Positions 63,288 to 64,000 of a stretch of DNA of 64,000 bases are shown piece after piece. A program made the translations under genes and the position numbers. Within the stretch, counting starts at the first letter, position 1; each line of letters opens with the position of its first letter. The stretch is from Haliotis rubra (lineage: Eukaryota), in contig NW_025765636.1 of the NCBI RefSeq assembly GCF_003918875.1, forward strand, positions 682,001-746,000, read 5' to 3'. The notes under the pieces are model-generated. The model saw only the letters and a list, made by a program, of their open reading frames with translations, ran no database searches and was not told the origin of the DNA.

Positions 63288-64000
63288 AAACTCAGTGGTG
63301 AAACTGAAAAGTCTCTGAATAATTTGTCTACTTGTTCTCATTAACTTGGTTGGTAGATTGATGTGGATAATAAGTTAAATCAGCTGATGAACCAAATAGT
63401 GATTTGAGGGACCTGAATCATAGTTGATGGGGCTGCCAGTTAGCCAGAGTGAAGAGCCCCTTTAAGCATGGCATGAATCATGAATGACACCGTAATATAA
63501 AAATCAAATTCTAAAATAGGATTAATACCTGATTGAAAATGCTGTACCTGCATGAAGGCTGTATTGATCAGCACGATTTGCCTCACGATCAGTACAATTA
63601 AAATTTTAGAAATACCTTGGTTTCCATGGTTACTGTGTAAAAAAAAAATAGAACCATAATCACATATGCATGATATTGTTGCTTTACCAAAATTACATGT
63701 GATTGTCATATCTTAGACAATTTGATAATCTTTGATGTGACTACATGTTTAATACTACAATTAGAAAATGCTGACTATTTTTTATGGTTTTATCTTCTAC
63801 AAGCAAGTCAACTTGTCATACCAGTATTAGGTCGTCGCGACTCATGACCTCATACTTGGGCCCTTGTTGACCCTTGTAGTTGGGTTTCGAGGCAGACTAC
63901 GCCCTCGGTAACCCATGTTTGTTTCATTTTTTAATTCAGTTTGCCATGACACATAACAACTATTTAATGGATCTTTTGGATTATGTAGGTGTTCGATGAG

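Overview
Repeat-rich animal genomic DNA, most likely a gastropod mollusc; the SINE set recalls abalone (Haliotis), which is inference. One host gene is supported: a spliced TMEM97/sigma-2-receptor (EXPERA)-like gene on the minus strand with coding exons 36581-36700, 21618-21768 and 19540-19790 (173 aa, only exon 3 visible in the ORF track). Its 14.8-kb first coding intron holds a full-length I-group (Nimb/I-like) LINE (24403-30265) that starts exactly with a compact HDV-like ribozyme fold. That LINE shares a covarying 5' pseudoknot and a 3' stem-loop with SINE families in the same window. Also present: a chromodomain-bearing Ty3/Gypsy LTR element (5292-14939) with a nested 2.8-kb DNA transposon and a nested SINE; a two-headed IS3EU-like element (2217-5079); tRNA-headed inverted dimers with Penelope-like geometry; many AcademH-like and other MITEs; and three large minisatellites that account for most long ORFs after 44 kb. 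Boundaries marked approximate were placed by eye; no database searches were run.
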